From: Eledone cirrhosa
Lineage: Eukaryota
NCBI GenBank assembly: GCA_964016885.1
Contig: OZ024742.1
Span: forward strand, 29,512,001-29,576,000
Direction: 5' to 3'
Length of the DNA: 64,000 nt
This document shows, piece after piece, positions 29,094-42,974 of the stretch. The first letter of the stretch is position 1; each line of letters starts with the position of its first letter. The notes beneath the pieces are model-generated. The model saw only the letters and a list, made by a program, of their open reading frames with translations, did not search any database and was not told the origin of the DNA. A program made the position numbers and the translations under genes.

Positions 29094-29901
29094 GTTTGTG
29101 AGCATGTATATATATATACATAGATATATTTCTATATATATATATATATACATGTTTGTGAGCATGTTTGTGAAATATAATGAATAGTAGCGGTGGTTCT
29201 CGCCCAATACATATTCTTGGTGTGTTTTTGTTATTTGTTTATGTATTGTTTTTTGTTACACTTAAATGACTTCAGATATTTGTTGAAGCCCCTTTACATA
29301 CCCGGTGAATAAAAAATATGCTATTACCATATCGGTAGTATATATGGATACATATATATAATCATATGCGTGTGTATATGGGTTTATATATATATATGTG
29401 TGTATATATATGTTTATATATTTATATATATATATTTATATATATGTATACATACATATATATACATATATATATATAAATATATGTATATAAAGATATG
29501 TATGTGCATATATATACATATAAATATGTGTGCGTTTATATATGCATATATATATATATATACATATATATACAAATATATGTATATAAACATATGTATG
29601 TGCATATATATACATATAAATAGGTTTGCGTTTATATATATATATGCATATATATATACATATATATGTATGTATCTCTCACTATCTATCTATCTATCTT
29701 GATAGAGTAAGACACGCTTCACATCGGCTCCGCTATTCCATCGGGATTTACCCTTACTATTGTAAGTACCGGATAAATTTTTCAGTGCAACACATTTGGA
29801 ACACTAACCCCTGTTATTTAGGGAAACATTTTTGCATTTACCCCCTTTTTAGGGGGTAAAATAAATATCTATTTTTGCCGAAAAATTTCTTTCTTGGCAG
29901 C

Positions 29902-31719
29902 ATGGCGGAAAAGATGGCAGACATGTCTGCCATTAGCTCTGCCACGCCCCCCAAGTTTGAAGAACAAAAAATAATTACAACAAAATTACACAATGAAACA
30001 AACAAAGAAAATGAAAAAACAAATGTTAAGGAAAATGAACAAACACAAAATAATACAAATAACAACAGGGCAACTTTCGCCCAGAAAACAAAACAATCCA
30101 TTACATACACACCAATTGACCTAACTTCCGCCAGAGAAAAACTGGCCGAAGCAAAGAAACACATTGTTTTGGGGGAGAACGGAATGTTTTCCATTAACTC
30201 CCCCCCAGAATTCAAGAAAGAAAGAACAGAGAACACAGTTCTCTTCAGAACTATACTGAACCAGACAAGAAAGCCAGCACAGCCCAGCCAAATGGAAATA
30301 GAGTTAGTCCTAAAAGACTATATGAAGAATATTCTCTTCATACGAAAGGACCGACTCTATGGCAGCATTTCGGTCCTAACAAGAGACAAGGAAACGGCGG
30401 AGAAGCTTTACCTAAGCCCACTCTCATCGACAACATACAGCTTCTATCCCCCCTACATGGGTAGAAGAACACAGAGAGTAAAAGTAAAAACAATGCTGCC
30501 CACAATGGACTTCTGGTGGGCTATTGCTGGCTTCATAGACATGGGCGAAGACACAATGCTGTCAATGGGGAAGGCAACTGGAGATGCGTTCCTGGGAATG
30601 GGCCTCGACATACTAGTCCAAATGAGGCCCGAAAGAATAGCACAAATCCCGGATCGCATCTGGCTGGATGACCTTACCCCAATAGACATAATTGTAGAGG
30701 GGAGAAGACCAGCATGCTATTTATGCATGGAAAGGGGACACGTTAAGGCTAACTGCCCGAAACGTATCCCCCAAAAAGGACTATTGCCCACACCCACCAC
30801 AAACAGTACACCAACACCACCCACCTCCAAAAATACACTAATACCACACACAGCAAACAAAATACAGACACCACCAACCACAAACACAACACAAACATCA
30901 CCACCACCAGCACCAAACACAAGCACGACACAAAAATCACCACCACCAACCACAACACAAACATCACCACCACCATCACCAACCACAAGCACGACACAAA
31001 CATTACCACCACCACCACAAAACCCATTCCAAACAAATAATAAAAAAAACAGTAACAAATCTACCCCTCCCGCAAAAAAAAAACAACCACACAACACGTC
31101 CCTCCCACCTAGCGCTGAAGAGTTTCCCCCAACTTCTGAAGAAGAAGGAGGAGAAGCCTTCAGACAAGTTAAAAGAAAAAAAAGAAAACACACACCCAGC
31201 ACACCACAAATAACCCACACACAAACACCAACTCCAATCAAAAACACCCCACCCTCAACAAACAAAAATAAATCTGCGCCTCCCCTCTCCGAAACATTGA
31301 CAGCATCACAAAAAAAGACGTTGCAATACACATATATAAATAAAGAAAACAAAAAGCTGGTTAAATTAATAAACAATAAACCTATGGTGCAGACCGAAGG
31401 GCCAAATTTTATCTCAACAGAGAACTTCACCCATTTAAAAATGATAAAGGTCCCTCTGGACCTTTATCGTTCCTTAAAAGAACAATTTAGACGGGACGTG
31501 AGCCCCCCCTGTTTAAAACCGTTGAATCGCGTCCTCTTGAAATATTTCCCCATAACCGCCCCTCTCCCTGACACAACTCCAAATACCCCAACCCCACCAC
31601 ACACGTGTACCCCCACACCACCACAAAACATCCCTCCACCCAACACACCTGATGCCATGGAAATTACGCAACCCGGAGAGGTAAGTGCTTTTCTTTCTTC
31701 ACTTTCAACACCAAAATAG
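29902..31719 (+). CDS. Open ORF1 with CCHC knuckle and Pro/Thr-rich linker
   Basis: First ATG at 29902; GRRPACYLCMERGHVKANC; homologous to copy 1 ORF1. Confidence 0.88.
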   Translation: MAEKMADMSAISSATPPKFEEQKIITTKLHNETNKENEKTNVKENEQTQNNTNNNRATFAQKTKQSITYTPIDLTSAREKLAEAKKHIVLGENGMFSINSPPEFKKERTENTVLFRTILNQTRKPAQPSQMEIELVLKDYMKNILFIRKDRLYGSISVLTRDKETAEKLYLSPLSSTTYSFYPPYMGRRTQRVKVKTMLPTMDFWWAIAGFIDMGEDTMLSMGKATGDAFLGMGLDILVQMRPERIAQIPDRIWLDDLTPIDIIVEGRRPACYLCMERGHVKANCPKRIPQKGLLPTPTTNSTPTPPTSKNTLIPHTANKIQTPPTTNTTQTSPPPAPNTSTTQKSPPPTTTQTSPPPSPTTSTTQTLPPPPQNPFQTNNKKNSNKSTPPAKKKQPHNTSLPPSAEEFPPTSEEEGGEAFRQVKRKKRKHTPSTPQITHTQTPTPIKNTPPSTNKNKSAPPLSETLTASQKKTLQYTYINKENKKLVKLINNKPMVQTEGPNFISTENFTHLKMIKVPLDLYRSLKEQFRRDVSPPCLKPLNRVLLKYFPITAPLPDTTPNTPTPPHTCTPTPPQNIPPPNTPDAMEITQPGEVSAFLSSLSTPK

Positions 31720-34700
31720 ATCAATTGAGAGTTGGCTGTTTGAACGCGCGTGGCCTGGGCTCAGCTTGGAAGCAAGCAAAGCTTCTAAGTGACCTCAGGT
31801 CACAAAGTATAGATGTGATGGTTGTTTGCGAGAGTCGGATCAGCAGCGTGAGACAGCTGGCGCCCGCCTTCGATGACTTTGAGATGCACGCATCTCTCTG
31901 TCAACCCGGAGGTGGGGGGGATTTGCCGTACTGCTGGATAAACGTCTGACTCTCGACGTACAGATTGTTCACTCGGACCCGAGGGGTCGATTACTGGTGC
32001 TGCACGTCGGAGGCGGTGAAGGCGGGGCTTTCAGACTGGTCGGTCTTTATGCTCCCTTCGGGACGGAAAGAGCCGACTTCTTCCAGCGTCTGGAGACTTT
32101 TCTAGGAACGTCGCGTTCCCTGCTTTTAGTGGGGGACTGGAATGGAATCCTAGATGCGCGTTGGGACTATGCAGGGGCATGTCCCGATAGAGGGGGGTGT
32201 AGCAGCCTCAAGGGGTTACTCGATCGATTCGACCTGGTCGATAGATTTCGACTAGATTGTCCAACTGCGCCAACCTGGACCTGGGCAAACCGCAGTGGAC
32301 AATCTAGATCGTACCTAGATAGGTTTTTGGTTAGGAGTAAGGATAGGGACGTATTTAGTTGTCCAGAACTGATCATGGTTGGCTATTCAGATCACAAATT
32401 AGTGACCTGCGTGGTCAACCTTGATAGAACGCATAGACAGGGTCCCGGTTACTGGAAGATGAACTTGTCCTTGCCGACAAAGAAAGATTACAGAAACCGG
32501 ATTAGTAGCTTAGTTAAGATGCGGTTGACGGGAGCGATCGTCAACAGTAGGTGGTGGGTATCTCTAAAGAGAGAGATTAGAGTAAGTTCGATAGGTTACA
32601 GTAAGGAACTAGCGGCAAATAGAAATAGGAAGGAAAGGGAGTTAACAGATAAACTAGAAGAGGCGATTAGGGGCGGAGACGTAGCCAGAGTGTTAGCGGC
32701 GAGAACGGCGTTGAGCCAGTTCTTTGACGCGAAGCACGAAGGCTGCGTTGTCCGAAGTAAAATACGTGCTTTAGGAAACGAGGGGACCAAAGCTGTTAGC
32801 TGGGCCCGCGTGACAGAAGCCAAGAGTGGGATTAAATCCACCATTCGGTCTTTGCGAGACCAGGATGGACGGGTGATCCTTGAACCTGAGCGGATGTGCG
32901 AGGCCTTTCAAAGGCACTTTGCTCGACTGTTCGGAGGGGGCGGGGGGCCGGACGGGAATGTGGACTTCGGTCCATACCTCGACGGTCTACCGCGTCTTTC
33001 GAGCGGCGAAGCGGAGTGCTGCGAAAGGCCAATCACAGCCACTGAAATCGGGGAAGCGCTCAGCCAATGCAGCAGACGCAAATCTCCGGGTCTCGATGGT
33101 CTACCAAACGAACTTTATTTAGCTATGCCGGTCTTGTTCTCCGAACTCCTCGAGGCTGTCTATTGCAACTGGCACACAGAACGGGAGAATTCCCTGTTCT
33201 GTGACCAAGGGCGTGGTCACGCTAGGGAGGAAGGACGAGAGCAAGGGGGACGACTTAAGTAACTTTAGGCCCATAACTCTGCTGAATGCAGAGTTACAGA
33301 TTTTGGCCAAGGTGTTGGCGAAGAGGTTGGCGCTTGTGGTGGGTGGTTTGGTGGGAGACGCGCAGACATGCGCTATCCCGTCCAGGTCCATTCACGACAA
33401 CCTCCACCTCATGCGATACATCATAGAGAGGGTTGGCAACGAACCCGGCTTTGGTGGGGCCCTGATCAACTTGGATCAATCTAAGGCGTTCGATAGGGTC
33501 GACCATGGTTACCTGGATGCGGTGCTAGCGGCGGCGGGCTTCGGACCCGTTTTCAGTGGCTGGATTTCTGCCATGCACAGTGGCAACATCTACTCTAGGA
33601 TTAAAGTAAACGGCTACCTCTCGGAGCCGTTTCAAATCACCCGGTCCATCAGGCAGGGGTGCCCCCTCTCCTCCCTTCTGTACGTATTGACTCTCGAGCC
33701 ACTGCTGCGGAAGTTGGAGTTGCTGCGGAGCATACCCCTGGAACCGGGATTGCACAAAGCGGTCTCGGCCTATGCCGACGACGTAACAGTAATGGTGGCG
33801 GACGCCTCGGAAATCGGGGCGATCGCCACCCTACTGGGGGAATACGAAAGGCTGACGGGGGCTAGGCTGAACCAGGACAAGTCAGTCGGTTTGCAACTCG
33901 GAACGTGGAGGGGCAAACCGATGCCGTTAGACGGTATCGTCGGGCGGTGGACGGAGGGCCCGGTGAAGCTGCTCGGGGTCTGGTTCGGACCGGACCTCCA
34001 GGTGGAGAAGAATTGGGGCGAGGTGACGAGCAGGGTGATTGCGCTGACCCAGAAGTGGGCCAAGTGCAAACTATCACTGAAAGTTCGGGCGGAGGTGACG
34101 AGCGCTTACATAGCGTCCGTCATCTACTACCGCCTGACCGTCGTGCCTTGCCCCAAGGAAAAGCTCACCATCATGGAACGCATGCTCTTCCAGTTCCTCT
34201 GGAAGAAGCGGCCTCCCATGGTGAGGAGATCCATCTGCTGCCAGCACCCTTCGAAAGGAGGGCTGGGTATACCGTGGCTGTTGATGCGTAGGCACGCATT
34301 GAGGCTACGGCATCTACAGGTATTCCTCAACGGTTAGCCGGTGTGGGCCCCGTTTGTGAGGCGAGCCTTCCCACAGCTCGTCTCGCTCACCGAACTGCAA
34401 TCCTGGGTGAAGCAAAGACCGAGAAAACTGGGCAACTGGCACACCGAGTGTGCCCAGGCGCTCACGGCTATCTGGCAAGCGGACCCGACTATCAGTGGAG
34501 AATCCACCTCGACATTCTATAGAGGGTTGGTGGCTAGCAAGGGCGACGACACCCTTGGAGAGTCGCTAGGCATGGAGGAGGACGAACTGGCCAGCCTGTT
34601 CGGTAGAACTTTCGGCCCGGGACCCATGGACAACTTCCAGAGGTCCCTGGCCTGGCAGTGTTACCGGGGTGCTCTGCTCGTTCGAGAAAAGCTCTACAGA

Positions 34701-35153
34701 CACGGGCGCCCGGGCAGGGATCCCGCGAAAAAGATCTGCCCCAGATGCGTGCGCGACGAGGAAACCGTTGCGCATGCACTGGTACACTGCCCGGGCGTTG
34801 CCGATCTGTGGGGCTACGTCGAACGACTGCTGTCGCGTGTGGCGCCGATTCGATTAACGGCCGAGTCTGTGGTGAACATCAAGCCGCCTCCTCCCTTCAG
34901 AAATGAATCAGAGGCGGTCTTTCTGTGCGTAATAGCCATGATGAAAGAGGTTGTGTGGTGGACGCGCCTGAAAGGTCTGAGGTCGGGTGACTTTCTCTCC
35001 GGCCATCACCTGGTTTACTTCTTCCGATACCACTTCGGAAGAAGGATCAGGATGGAGAGAGAAGTGCTTGGCCCCAGACAGTTTTATGAAAGGTGGGTGA
35101 AAGAAGCGAGAATGGCCCGTGTAAATGGGCCTTCTCTCTACATTGTTCTGTAG
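31716..35153 (+). pseudogene. Disrupted ORF2 (APE-RT)
   Basis: ATA where copy 1 has ATG; frameshifts at ~31920, ~31980 and ~33177; TAG at 34335 where copy 1 encodes Q; YADD retained. Confidence 0.92.
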
Positions 35154-35987
35154 GTGAAGAAGTGAAGAGGAAAGGGGGAGCGCCTCCTCTCTGGGCTTCC
35201 CCCGCGAAAAGAGTTGCACACTTTTCGGGGGTATGTGCAATCCCCAACACGCCCCCTCCCTTTTGAGGACTTTTTATTGTTATATTATTATTGTTATTCC
35301 TTTTTTCTTTACTCGATTTATGTAAACTCCCCCACTGTGTAAATGTCCCCTTCTTTTGTGCCCTCGTGCCAAATAAATAGAAATTTATCTCTATCTCTCT
35401 GTGCATGCGTGTGTGTGTGTGTGTATGGCTGTGCGTGTGTGTGTGTGTGTGCATGTGTGTGTGTGTGTGTGCGTGTGTGTGTGCGTGTGTGTGTGCGTGT
35501 GTGTGTGTGTCTCTGGGCACTCTGTTAACAGTTAAATGTAAATGTGCCTACTTGATCACGTAAAGATATGTACACAAAAGTTTCCCCGCATCACCAGCAG
35601 AAAGATCCCCAAATGTTCAACAAGCGTAAAGCAATTATATTTGTGTGTACCTGTGTGTGTGTGTGTGTGTGTTTGTGTGTGTCTGTATGTGACAGAGTAT
35701 GTGTGGGTGTCTGTGTGTGTTTCTGTGTGTGTGAGTGTGTCTGCGAATACACATATACTTGCATTTAAGCACATCTAATATTTGTGTGTGTGTGTGTTTG
35801 TATGGGTAGTGTGTAAATGTGTGTATTTTTATGTGCGCCTTTGTGTATCTGTGAATAGATATATATTCATATATAGACACATGTAATATATGTGTGTGCG
35901 TGTTTTTGAGTGTATGTTTAGATATATATAAAGTTGTGCTCTAAACAACCTAAGAGTACGATAAATCAATATATTTATATATATATA

Positions 35988-36392
35988 TACAAATGTAACC
36001 AAAGCTGGGTATATATATATGTATATATATATATATATATTTCGTTTCTGAATTTGTTTAGCAAGATTCTTTATCTGAAATCGTGTGTTGAAACCGATAT
36101 TGTTATACTTTGGGAGGGTCATGTTGCCAATAAGAAACACACGCGTGTGTTTCTTATTGGCAACATGACCCTCCCAAAGTATAACAATATATATATATAT
36201 ATATAAATGTAACCAAAGCTGGGTATATATATATATGTATATAATATATATATATATACAAATGTAACCAAAGCTGGGTATATATATATATATATATAAT
36301 ATATATATATATATATACAAATGTAACCAAAGCTGGGTATATATATGTATATAATATATATATATATATATACAAATGTAACGAAAGCTGGG

Positions 36393-36425
<33 letters not shown>

Positions 36426-36720
36426 TATATATACAAATGTAACCAAAGCTGGGTATATATATGTATATATATAATATATATATATATACAAATGTAACCA
36501 AAGCTGGGTATATATATGTATATAATATATATATATATACAAATGTAACCAAAGCTGGGTATATATATATGTATATGATATATATATATACAAATGCAAC
36601 CAAAGCTGGGTATATATATATATGATATATATATATATACAAATGTAACCAAAGCTGGGTATATATATATGTATATGATATATATATACAAATGCAACCA
36701 AAGCTGGGTATATATATATA

Positions 36721-36793
<73 letters not shown>

Positions 36794-36872
36794 AATGTAA
36801 CCAAAGCTGGGTATATATATATGTATATAATATATTTATATATATATATATACAAATGTAACCAAAGCTGTG
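35988..36872 (+). repeat. 13 copies of CAAATGTAACCAAAGCTGGG separated by variable (TA)n
   Basis: Units at ~35990, 36205, 36259, 36318, 36373, 36434, 36489, 36540, 36591, 36640, 36689, 36792 and 36853. Confidence 0.9.
36039..36190. mobile_element. Short family A fold-back, centre CACACGCGTGTG
   Basis: Perfect arms ~36097-36143 and 36144-36190, with a ~57-nt tail. Confidence 0.88.
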
Positions 36873-38019
36873 TATATATATATATATAATAATATGCAAA
36901 TCAGTCCGTTAATTTATTCACTACTCAGTATTAAATTCGTATATTTATATGACCCGTGGTCTTATATTTATAATTAAATTCTATATCTAAGTGACCAGAA
37001 GCCAGGCAACAATTTATATGGTCCAGCATATTATATTTGTAATTTAATGCTATGTTTAAATGGCCACCAGAAATGCAACTTATTAGTTGAACACCGATAA
37101 AGAAACATTTTCTACTCAGTACTTGGAATAAGATAGAGTTACTTAAGAGGATTTCACATATACTCATAAAGATCAAATCGACTACGCATTAGAGGAGGTA
37201 GGTGCTGTAACTTGTTTCTGTTAAATGTAATTCCGTTCTTTACTTTACTTATCATTGTTAATATTATATTTTAAGTATAGCGGTACCTTAATGGAGCTGA
37301 AGTTCCATGAGAAGAGATGCTGACGTGACGATTACCAAGTAAGTAAGACATGTTCTCATTATATCTCCATTGCTCGTTTTTATTTCATTTTCTTCAGTTG
37401 AAAAGACATTTAACATAAAACTGAACAAAGGAGAAGAAATTAAGTTTAAAAAAATGTCAGCGGTGGAGGCGTTCACCTGACATAGGTTTACATGAGTGTC
37501 TGTATATATATGCATGGGTGGGTATGTGCATGCGTATGTGTGTGTGTGCGTGTGTTGCGCTATGTGTTTGGTATGTGTGCATGTGCGTTTGTGCTGCGTA
37601 TATGCATGCGTGTATGTGTGCATGTGTGTGTGTATGTTATTGGTTTGGTATGTGTGCTATGGGTTTTGTATGTATGTGTGTGTTCATGTGCGTGTGTGTG
37701 TGTGTGTGAGTGCGTATGTGTTAATGTGTGCATGCGTGTGGGTGTGTGTGTCATGGGTTTGCTATGTATGTGCATGTGTGTGTGCACGCGAAGTTTATGT
37801 ATGTGCATGTGTGTATACGTGTGTACATATGTATGTGTGTGAGCGTGCATGTGTGTGTGCTATGGGTTTGGTATGTGTGTGCATGTGTATATATATATAT
37901 GTGTGTGTGCATGTCTATGTGTGTGCCTGTGCATGTGTGTGTGCTATGTGTTTGGTATGTGTGTGCTTGTGTATGCATGTGTATATATGTGTGTGTACAT
38001 GTGTATGTAGTGTGTGTGT

Positions 38020-38185
38020 GCCCAGGGCGTAGACCTCGGGCAAGATGGTTGGATAACATCCATGAGCTTGGCTGGTCTCGCATGGGGATCCAGCCGGGAG
38101 GAGTGTTTGACGACTCTGTCGCCATGACCCTCTCAGGAATAAGTAAGAGGGGAGAAGGAGGAGGAGGAGTAGAAGAAGAAGAAAA
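38020..38185 (+). mobile_element. RTE LINE 3' fragment
   Basis: PGRRPRARWLDNIHELGWSRMGIQP followed by a (GAA/GGA)n tail. Confidence 0.65.
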
Positions 38186-38196
38186 ACTAAATCATT

Positions 38197-38277
<81 letters not shown>

Positions 38278-38280
<3 letters not shown>

Positions 38281-38710
38281 CATAATATATAAGATCAAAA
38301 GATGGTTAAATGAGTTCCATGTATTTTATTATGCGCATTTCAAAAACAAATATCATCATGCAATAACTTTTGTGTTTTCATCAGATAAAATAGGAAGACA
38401 TGATATGAAAGTTAAAAACACTTGTGGATAGTGCAGTTTTAAATCAACATATTATATGTTGATTTAAAACTGCACTATCCACAAGTGTTTTTAACTTTCA
38501 TATCATGTCTTCCTATTTTATCTGATGAAAACACAAAAGTTATTGCATGATGATATTTGTTTTTGAAATGCGCATAATAAAATACATGGAACTCATTTAA
38601 CCATCTTTTGATCTTATATATTATGTATACTCCAGTCCTACAAACTGTAGAGTGCTTCTTATCCGATATCTGCATTGCTTTATTGTACTACAATAAAACT
38701 CACCTCCTAC
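38278..38710. mobile_element. Fold-back element family E: 175-bp arms, 1-nt loop at 38453, ~80-nt tail
   Basis: 38278-38452 is the reverse complement of 38454-38628; (TA)n on both sides; no complete HHR found. Confidence 0.88.
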
Positions 38711-38771
38711 ATATATAAATATATATATATTCGCCGGAGTATCGCTAAAAAGCTTTCTCCGATATTGTATT

Positions 38772-38829
<58 letters not shown>

Positions 38830-39678
38830 AAATCTATTTTGAAACTTTTTCTTATTTGCTAAACCTTGATTATATATGTTCTGGCTCGTTAATTTATTAA
38901 CCTGCCATTGAACCACATTGGCAAATGGTTGGATAATACATGTGTCCCTATTCGTTTTTTGCATGTAGGGATATATACTTTATTATTATTAATCTCCCCC
39001 TGGTCGAGATAAAAATTTGGTCGTTTGACTACTGCTATTTATAGTGGTAGTAGATTGACTCTTTGCACTCGGCACTGGACAGAATTGCTTCAACATCATT
39101 CATTCTCATCTCAGGAACAATTTTGAATAGCGCCAGTTCGTAATTTGAACTCGGGAATTTTATATTCTCCGAGTGAAAAGAACATTGTGACGGGAGTGTA
39201 TCTTTTCAATGGAAGCCCGTAAGGACTATCCATTTATTTTTGAGACTCGAAACCGATTCGGTAAAGGTAACCATAGTAAGTACAGTGAATTTTTTGAAAT
39301 TTATTTTGGAACTTTTTCTTATACATATCTGGGATGAAGCTGGTACGATGTGTGTACTTTTAAAAAATGCAACACGTGCTACTAGTCATGCGCAGGTTTG
39401 AACTTGCTGTGTAAACACAGATAGTTAGATCTTCTTCCTTGTTGAAAATCCGGAATTTGGGTACTGTGGTTTACCGAACGATTTATGGTGAAATATATTT
39501 CTTTAATGAAATATATACAAGGAAGATTAATCAATTTATAAGGTATCTATTTTTAAAGTTCTAGTTAAACTTTAATTGGTTAGCTACCTGGCTATGTGTG
39601 CTTACACACTTTTACAAATTATGTTTATTTTAGATATATATATGTCAATCAATTTCTATTTGATATGTATACATATAT

Positions 39679-39748
<70 letters not shown>

Positions 39749-39751
<3 letters not shown>

Positions 39752-40184
39752 TAAATATACACGGGTGTGTATGATTGTGTATAGAAGATTATATTAATAA
39801 GAGGAATTTCAACTTTGTCTGATTTACTCGTTTTATTTACAATCCTTTAAAGTTATAATGGTATTATAATGAAATAGTATGATAGAATATTAAATTCTAA
39901 GTGTTAATTGAACAAGTACTTTCATGATTTCGCAATCTTCAGGTTCATAATATGTGGTGACAGTCAAGTTTGCAATTTTCAACTTTTCACAGTTGAAAAT
40001 TGCAAACTTGACTGTCACCACATATTATGAACCTGAAGATTGCGAAATCATGAAAGTACTTGTTCAATTAACACTTAGAATTTAATATTCTATCATACTA
40101 TTTCATTATAATACCATTATAAATTTTAAAGGATTGTAAATAAAACGAGTAAATCAGAAAAAGTTGGAATTCCTCTTATTAATA
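39749..40184. mobile_element. Fold-back element family C with an HHR motif on each arm
   Basis: Arms ~39791-39983 and 39992-40184; HHR-like motifs at 39909-39947 (-) and 40028-40066 (+); 42-nt tail. Confidence 0.88.
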
Positions 40185-40206
40185 TATATATATATAGAGA
40201 GAGAGA

Positions 40207-42260
40207 GAGAATTAATACATCTACCAACATATGCGTACAGATGTACACTAATACTAGTAAATATATAAGTTATGTCAAAGTACCTAGGTGGTTCAATGCA
40301 GGGGGATGCAGAACAATTATATGAAAGACATAAAATAAAAAAATTTTAAAAATTAAAAATTAACTTACTTACTAAAATATTCACTCCAACTAATTAGTTT
40401 CTGTAATGGGATAAATATCGAGAATTCATTACGTCATCAGGGAGTCTATTCTTAGCTAAGTTACCAGGCAATGCGCGGACACTAGGAACCCATATAAAAA
40501 TAATAATTCAGTGGATGTAATAAGCTAGCGGGGACTAAATTCCATAGCAATGAAGAAGTTCACTGCCTCTGGTCAGTGGTGGATTCTAAAGAATCAATCA
40601 CGTGACACTGAGGTTAGTCAGTTAGGAGTGGGGTGGTATTATGACAAGAGCCTACTACTACTACTATGAATTATCAGTAGATTTGGCAAGTTTGCTCAAC
40701 AAATAATTTGGAGATAAATATAGAGAATTAATACATCTACCAACATATGCGTACAGATGTACACTAATACTAGTAAATATATAAGTTATGTCAAAATACC
40801 TTGGTGGTTCTATGCAGGGGATGCAGAACAATTATATGAAAGACGTAAAATAAGAAAATTTTAAAAATTAAAAATTAACTTACTAAAATTTTCACTCCAA
40901 CTAATTAGTTGCTGTAATGGGATAAATATCGAGAATTCATTACGTCATCAGGGAGTCAATTCTCAGCTAAGTTCCCAGGCAATGCGCGGACACTAGGAAC
41001 CCATATAAAAATAATAATTCAGTGGATGTAATAAGCTAGCGGGGACTAAATTCCATAGCACTGAAGAAGTTCACTGCCTCTGGTCAGTGGTGGATTCTAA
41101 AGAATCAATCACGTGACACTGAGGTTAGTCAGTTAGGAGTGGGGTGGTATTATGACAAGAGCCTACTACTACTACTATGAATTATCAGTAGATTTGGCAA
41201 GTTTGCTCAACAAATAATTTGGAGATAAATATAGAGAATTAATACATCTACCAACATATGCGTACAGATGTACACTAATACTAGTAAATATATAAGTTAT
41301 GTCAAAGTACCTAGGTAGTTCAATGCAGGTGGATGCAGAACAATTATATGAAAGACGTAAAATAAGAAAATTTTAAAAATTTAAAAATTAACTTACTTAC
41401 TAAAATTTTCACTCCAACTAATTAGTTTCTGTAATGGGATAAATATAGTTACACAATGTAACTATCGAGAATTCATTACGTCATCAGGGAGTCTATTCTC
41501 AGCTAAGTTCCCAGGCAATCCGCGGACACTAGGAACCCATATAAAAATAATAATTCAGTGGATGTAATAAGGCTAGCGGGGACTAAATTCCATAGTACTG
41601 AAAAAGTTCACTGCCTCTGGTCAGTGGTGGATTCTCGATAGTTACATTGTGTAACTATATTTATCCCATTACAGAAACTAATTAGTTGGAGTGAAAATTT
41701 TAGTAAGTAGTTAATTTTTAATTTTTTAATTTTCTTATTTTACGTCTTTCATATAATTGTTCTGCATCCCCTGCATTGAACCACCTAGGTATTTTGACAT
41801 AACTTATATATTTACTAGTATTAGTGTACATCTGTACGCATATGTTGGTAGATGTATTAATTCTCTAATTTATCTCAAATTATTTGTTGAGCAAACTTGC
41901 CAAATCTACTGATAATTCATAGTAGTAGTAGTAGGCTCTTGTCATAATACCACCCCACTCCTAACTGACTAACCTCTGTGTCACGTGATTGATTCTTTAG
42001 AATCCACCACTGACCAGAGGCAGTGAACTTTTTCAGTGCAATGAATTTAGTCCCCGCTAGCTTATTACATCCACTGAATTATTATTTTTTATATGGTTCC
42101 TAGTGTCCCGCGCATTGCCTGGGAACTTAGCTGATAATAGACTCCCTGATGACGTAATGAATTCTCGATATTTATCCATTACAGAAACTAATTAGTTGGA
42201 GTGAAAATTTTAGTAAGTTAATTTTTAATTTTTAAAATTTTCTTATTTTATGTCTTTCAT
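40207..42260. mobile_element. Tandem ~513-bp HHR-bearing array (2.8 copies) plus ~1.2 inverted copies; retrozyme-like, family D
   Basis: Unit starts at 40207, 40723 and 41234; inversion at ~41633; ends TGTCTTTCAT+(AT)n. Confidence 0.85.
40383..40445 (-). ncRNA. Type I hammerhead-like motif (also 41411-41492 -, 42141-42202 +; core mutated in 40894-40956)
   Basis: ACTCC-CTGATGA-C-GTAATG...CATTAC-A-GAAA-CTAATTAG-TT-GGAGT. Confidence 0.75.
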
Positions 42261-42263
42261 ATA

Positions 42264-42383
<120 letters not shown>

Positions 42384-42384
42384 C

Positions 42385-42435
<51 letters not shown>

Positions 42436-42458
42436 CATATAATATATATACATCTATA

Positions 42459-42522
<64 letters not shown>

Positions 42523-42572
42523 CAATATACATATATATATACATATTTATATACATATATATATATATATAC

Positions 42573-42675
<103 letters not shown>

Positions 42676-42890
42676 ATATATACATGTATGTATGTATACA
42701 TACATATAATTCAACATAAAAGAGAGATAAGAACAGATATATACATATGTGTTCAAATCGTAAGGAACCAGATTCATTGCCCGGGAAACATTTCTTTCCT
42801 TGAGCTATTTAATTGGTAAGAGACTATTTTGTGTTTCTAACTCAATATATACCATTAATGAATAAATATATTATACATATATATATTTAA

Positions 42891-42974
<84 letters not shown>

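Larger units (their letters stand above)
29710..35384 (+). mobile_element. Near full-length Tx1/L1-type retrotransposon, copy 2 (sister subfamily)
   Basis: Colinear with copy 1; same 3' motif TGTCCCCTTCTTTTGTGCCCT..AATAAA; (TATC)n/(TC)n flanks. Confidence 0.92.

Noticed and set aside
35988-36872. CRISPR array
   Set aside because: Spacers are (TA)n, there are no cas genes, and the context is eukaryotic.
38521-38545. CTGATGA in family E as an HHR
   Set aside because: No stem II and GAAA follow.
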